Assembly (NCBI GenBank): GCA_035285545.1
Contig: JAYKGY010000117.1
Span: 1 to 10,939 of the forward strand
Direction: 5' to 3'
Origin: Snowella sp.
GTDB taxonomy: Bacteria; Cyanobacteriota; Cyanobacteriia; Cyanobacteriales; Microcystaceae
DNA: 10,939 nucleotides
Below the pieces are notes generated by a model. That model searched no databases, was not told the DNA's origin, and worked only from the letters and a program-made list of their open reading frames with translations. The position numbers and the translations under genes were made by a program. Shown here piece by piece: positions 6,981-10,939 of the stretch; the first letter of the stretch is position 1, and each line of letters starts with the position of its first letter.

Positions 6981-7896
6981 TTTTTAAACAAGCTTCAACC
7001 GTTGCCATAACCGAATTCGCCAAAGCGTCTAAATCGTAACCGCCTTCTAAACCGAAAACGATGCGGCGAGTTAACTTTAATAAATATTGGGTAAAAATTC
7101 CGTAATCCGAGGGTAATAGGTTAACTTCTGCTAGGGGATCATCGCGGTTAGCATCATAGCCAGCACTGACAATTAATAAATCCGGTCGAAAACTTTCTAG
7201 AAAGGGCATCACTTGATTTTCAAAGGCGGGCTGATAGTCTTTCAACGTGCTACCTGCTTTGATAGGAATATTTAAAACATTATTATGTTGTCCGCGATCG
7301 CTGTCTCGACCCGTGCCTGGGTAACAAGGGGATTGGTGCAACGAACAGTAAGCAATGTGGGGATTATCTTCAATCAAGGCTTCTGTACCGTTCCCATGAT
7401 GGACATCCCAATCGAGAATGGCGACTCGGTTAATGCCTGGTTTTTGTAGGGCATAATTTGCGGCGATCGCGGCATTGGAAAACAAGCAAAACCCCATCCC
7501 CGTATTACTCACAGCATGATGCCCAGGGGGACGAGCCAACACAAAGGCAGGGTTATGATCGCTTAACACTTTATCTACACCGTCTAACCAAGCACTCACG
7601 GCTAACAGAGCAACCTCATAACTCTGGGCAGAAATTGGTGTATCCATATCTAACGCTCCTCCTCCCCGTTCGGCGATCGCTTTGACCCGATTAATGTAGG
7701 TTTGGGTATGAAGTTTTTGGATAAAGGGGAAAACATCCCGTTCTGTTGTTGCTGTCGGTAATTGCCAATTTAAGTGATCATGCCAAGGTGCTTTTTTTAA
7801 CCCATTAACAATTGCGGTTAAACGAGCAGGACATTCAGGATGAAAACTTCCAGTTTCATGTTTTAAAAACTGATCGGAATAAATAACAGTAATCAT
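6973..7896 (-). CDS. Zn-dependent histone deacetylase family protein (AcuC/HDAC class II-like)
   Basis: HPECPARL, RPPGHHA, MGFCLFSN, DWDVHHGNGT, SAGYDA..DPL and LEGGYD give a complete catalytic and Zn-binding set. Confidence 0.94.
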   Translation of the reverse strand: MITVIYSDQFLKHETGSFHPECPARLTAIVNGLKKAPWHDHLNWQLPTATTERDVFPFIQKLHTQTYINRVKAIAERGGGALDMDTPISAQSYEVALLAVSAWLDGVDKVLSDHNPAFVLARPPGHHAVSNTGMGFCLFSNAAIAANYALQKPGINRVAILDWDVHHGNGTEALIEDNPHIAYCSLHQSPCYPGTGRDSDRGQHNNVLNIPIKAGSTLKDYQPAFENQVMPFLESFRPDLLIVSAGYDANRDDPLAEVNLLPSDYGIFTQYLLKLTRRIVFGLEGGYDLDALANSVMATVEACLKII

Positions 7897-8181
7897 TAGT
7901 CTCGTTAAATTAATTTATTCAAACTTAATTAAGAAATGCTGAAAATGAATAATCTTTCCTGATCAAAGCCTAATGCTATTGTGACCCGAAAAAAGTACAA
8001 AGATATTAATATTACTAACTATCAATTAAATTTAATTTTTATGAAGCTAGGATAGCTCGGATTAGAACGCAAAATTGGGATGAATTGCTACAGTTTTTAA
8101 CTGAAAGATTAGCGATAATAGCCAAGCGTCAAAATGAATACCTATAGGCGATAGGCATCAACATTAGCTTGGATTCAAGGC

Positions 8182-9888
8182 ATGAAACCGCGCATTATTG
8201 TCTGTGGCTTAGGAAAAACAGGCTATAAAATTTTTAGTTTGCTCAAACAACAGGGAGCCGAGGTGGTGGGGATTTCGGATCGGGATCTTCCTGGCGCAAA
8301 TAGGGAGCAGATTGTGTTCGGAGAACTGCGATCGCCGGCAACCTTGAGTGCAGCCAAGATTCAATCCGCCCATACGCTGGTATTGGCTACCAGTGATGAT
8401 GCCCTAAATTTAGCCATTTTGACCCAAGCTCGGATACTTAACCCAAAAATTCGCATTATTAATCGATTGTTCAATCAGGTTTTAGGGGAACGTTTAGACC
8501 AGACCCTTACCGATCATGTCAGTTTAAGTGTGTCTTCCTTGGCGGCTCCCATTTTTTCCTTTGCCGCTCTGGGGAATAAGGCGATTGGACAATTGCGCCT
8601 CTTTAACCGAACCTGGCCTATTCAAGAAGTGGTTATCGATGAGCATCATCCCTGGTTAGGGCTGAAATTGGGAGAATTATGGGATGATCCCAGCCGTATG
8701 CTGATCTACTATTTGCACACCTATGAAGAAATGAATTTGGTAACGGCGATCGCGCAAAATCAATCTCTCCTCAAAGGTGACCACCTCATTATTGGCGTTC
8801 AACCCCAGGTTCGTCCCAAAAGCCGTTCCTTAGAAAGACGATTATCCCGATTTATTGTTAATTTGCGCCAATATCAACGGTATGTCCGCCCTGTTCTTTG
8901 GGTTTCTTTGTGCTTGCTCCTCATGATAGCCACCGCAACCCTGACCTATGCCTATATTAACCATCGAATTTCCCTCGTTGATGCCTTGTATTTTTCTGTA
9001 GGGATGATCACTGGTGCCGGAGGAAAGGAAGAAGTCGCAGAACATTCCCCTGATGTAATTAAGATTTTTACCGCCATTATGATGGTGGCAGGGGCGGGCG
9101 TAATTGGGATTTGCTATGCTTTGCTCAATGATTTTATTTTAGGCAGTCGTTTCAAACAGTTTCTGGATGCCGCTAGGGTACCCACCCGCAATCATTATAT
9201 TGTCTGTGGTTTAGGTTCCATTGGCATGGCTATTGTGCAACAGTTACACAGCCAGGGGCATGAAGTGGTCGTCATTGAATCGGATACCGAAAACCGTTTT
9301 CGTCCCTCGGCGCGATCGCTGGGTGTACCTGTCATTGTGGAAGATGCGAGGGTGGAATCGACCCTCAAAGCCGCAAATATCACCAAGGCTGAATCCATTA
9401 TTGTGGTGACCAGTAGTGACATGGTGAACCTAGAAATTGCCCTCACCGCTAAGGCGATCGCCCCAAAACTCACGGTTGTTTTGCGGAGTCAGGATGCCCA
9501 ATTTAGTGAATCGGTGCAGGAGGTTTTCGATTTTGATGCGGTGTTGTGTCCTGCGGAATTAGCGACCTACTCCTTTGCTGCTGCGGCCTTGGGAGGCAAA
9601 ATTTTGGGTAACGGCATGACTGATGATTTACTCTGGGTTGCGCTTGCAACATTAATTACAGAGAATCATCCTTTTTTTGGAAAAACCGTTAAAGAAGCTG
9701 CGATGGTTGCAGATTTTGTTCCGCTTTATTTGGAGCGCGCCGAATATACCATTCATAGTTGGGAGTTGTTAGCCATTACCCTAAATTTGGAGGATGTGCT
9801 TTATCTCACCATTCCTGCAACCAAGTTAGATCAATTGTGGCGGTCTCCCCTATCGGAATTTCGATTAAATGAAGAATCAATAATTTAA
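8182..9888 (+). CDS. 2TM potassium-channel-like protein with N- and C-terminal RCK (TrkA-N/TrkA-C) domains
   Basis: Two Rossmann motifs (IIVCGLGKTG, YIVCGLGSIG), M1 helix VLWVSLCLLLMIATATLTY, pore helix DALYFSVGMIT and M2 helix IFTAIMMVAGAGVIGICYALL. Confidence 0.88.
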   Translation: MKPRIIVCGLGKTGYKIFSLLKQQGAEVVGISDRDLPGANREQIVFGELRSPATLSAAKIQSAHTLVLATSDDALNLAILTQARILNPKIRIINRLFNQVLGERLDQTLTDHVSLSVSSLAAPIFSFAALGNKAIGQLRLFNRTWPIQEVVIDEHHPWLGLKLGELWDDPSRMLIYYLHTYEEMNLVTAIAQNQSLLKGDHLIIGVQPQVRPKSRSLERRLSRFIVNLRQYQRYVRPVLWVSLCLLLMIATATLTYAYINHRISLVDALYFSVGMITGAGGKEEVAEHSPDVIKIFTAIMMVAGAGVIGICYALLNDFILGSRFKQFLDAARVPTRNHYIVCGLGSIGMAIVQQLHSQGHEVVVIESDTENRFRPSARSLGVPVIVEDARVESTLKAANITKAESIIVVTSSDMVNLEIALTAKAIAPKLTVVLRSQDAQFSESVQEVFDFDAVLCPAELATYSFAAAALGGKILGNGMTDDLLWVALATLITENHPFFGKTVKEAAMVADFVPLYLERAEYTIHSWELLAITLNLEDVLYLTIPATKLDQLWRSPLSEFRLNEESII

Positions 9889-9944
9889 TGCTTAAAGCTT
9901 AGAAAGCAAGTATTTTATTCCATTTTATGCCTTAAATCTAAACT

Positions 9945-10697
9945 TTATCTTAGTTGACGCTGATAATCTTCTGATTTGATGCGACCATCTTGGAACCAAA
10001 TGATCCGTTCAGTATGGTTCGCAACTTCGGCTTCGTGGGTCACGATCACAATAGTAATGCCACAACTATGCAATTGCTCAAAAATTTCCATTACTTCTTC
10101 AGTGGTTCGTGAATCTAAGGCTCCTGTCGGTTCATCCGCCAAAATTAACAAAGGATGATTGACGATGGCTCTGGCAATGGCAACCCGTTGTTGCTGACCG
10201 CCTGATAATTGATTGGGTTTATTGTGGAGACGGTTTTCTAACCCCACGCGAACTAACGCTTCTTCCGCCCTGATTTTTCTTGATTCCAAGGGAATTCCTG
10301 CATAAATCATCGGTAACATGACATTCTCTAGGGCTGTCATCTGATTTAACAGGTAAAATTGCTGAAAGACAAAGCCAATTTTTCGGTTACGGATGGTGGC
10401 GAGTTCATCCTCTGAAAGTTCTGAAACATCAATACCATCCAGATAATAACGTCCTGCGGTGGGACGGTCTAAACAGCCGATCAGGTTCATCATCGTTGAT
10501 TTACCCGAACCCGATGCCCCCATAATGGCGCAGTATTCTCCTTTTTGAATACTCAAATGTACATTCGACAGGGCATAAACCGTGGTTTCTCCCTTGCCAT
10601 AGACTTTGGATATGGATTCTAGGCGAATTAATTCACTGCGATCGCGATCGGTCGTTTCGGAATAGGGCTGATAAAGGGGAGGCAGGTTAGCAGTCAT
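9945..10697 (-). CDS. ABC transporter ATP-binding protein, LolD/MacB/DevA-like
   Basis: Walker A GASGSGKS, Q-loop IGFVFQQF, signature LSGGQQQRVAIARA, Walker B ILADEPTGALD and H-loop VTH. Confidence 0.93.
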   Translation of the reverse strand: MTANLPPLYQPYSETTDRDRSELIRLESISKVYGKGETTVYALSNVHLSIQKGEYCAIMGASGSGKSTMMNLIGCLDRPTAGRYYLDGIDVSELSEDELATIRNRKIGFVFQQFYLLNQMTALENVMLPMIYAGIPLESRKIRAEEALVRVGLENRLHNKPNQLSGGQQQRVAIARAIVNHPLLILADEPTGALDSRTTEEVMEIFEQLHSCGITIVIVTHEAEVANHTERIIWFQDGRIKSEDYQRQLR

Positions 10698-10939
10698 AGG
10701 TTAGGGCACGATTGCGAGCATTGGCTCTATATTAAAAAATAATAACTTAAAGTCATTCCTTATCTTTTGGCATCGAGATATTAAAATATTGGATTAATTA
10801 CTCATTAAATTAAATGGTTCTTCTGAATAAAGAGTGATAAGTAAAACTCATAATGAAAAGCAAGCTAAAAAGCGACGACGCATATTTTCAAAGTTAAGAA
10901 ACCCATAAGCCTGACGCTTAATCAGTTTGAGACGATTGT

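Larger units (their letters stand above)
327..10645. repeat. HIP1 octamer GCGATCGC, 19 dispersed perfect copies
   Basis: Copies start at 327, 1247, 2049, 2288, 4008, 4412, 5255, 5604, 5819, 6078, 6651, 7294, 7463, 7673, 8328, 8746, 9312, 9454 and 10638 (manual count). Confidence 0.93.

Noticed and set aside
7458..7685. 75-aa + strand ORF
   Set aside because: Antisense to the deacetylase catalytic region.
8842..9473. Three short ORFs (8842-9045 -, 9195-9473 -, 9221-9409 +)
   Set aside because: All nested within the intact channel CDS, with no motifs or evidence of frameshifting.
9889..9908. TGCTT...AAGCA hairpin as a bidirectional terminator
   Set aside because: Only a 5-bp AT-rich stem with a 10-nt loop, too weak to call.
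9976..10158. 60-aa + strand ORF
   Set aside because: Typical antisense shadow of ABC ATPase Walker B/H-loop codons.
10853..10897. 14-codon ORF MKSKLKSDDAYFQS
   Set aside because: Too short, with no convincing RBS or homology evidence, in an AT-rich spacer.
1..10939. CRISPR array, tRNA/rRNA, or a coherent multi-gene defence or biosynthetic system
   Set aside because: No regularly spaced repeats or RNA-gene signatures were seen. The genes alternate strands and belong to unrelated housekeeping families.

Overview
Cyanobacterial chromosomal segment (19 perfect HIP1 GCGATCGC octamers counted by eye; gene content fits a unicellular Chroococcales-type genome). It starts inside the 3' end of an IS5-family transposase that the ORF track misses. 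It then carries mostly conserved cyanobacterial genes: purK (-), a lumenal Rfr32-like pentapeptide-repeat protein (-), ccsB/ccs1 (+), a Hik34-like histidine kinase (+), a DUF3318-like protein (-), holB (+), an HDAC-family deacetylase (-), a two-RCK 2TM channel (+) and a stand-alone LolD/MacB-type ABC ATPase (-). I see no clear multi-gene novel system. The most interesting signals are at motif level: the DUF3318 protein looks like an M48/M56 zinc-protease scaffold without HExxH, the channel has TGAGG instead of TVGYG, and the kinase lacks canonical N/G1/G2 ATP-binding boxes. There are also a few HIP1-centred and structured intergenic elements.
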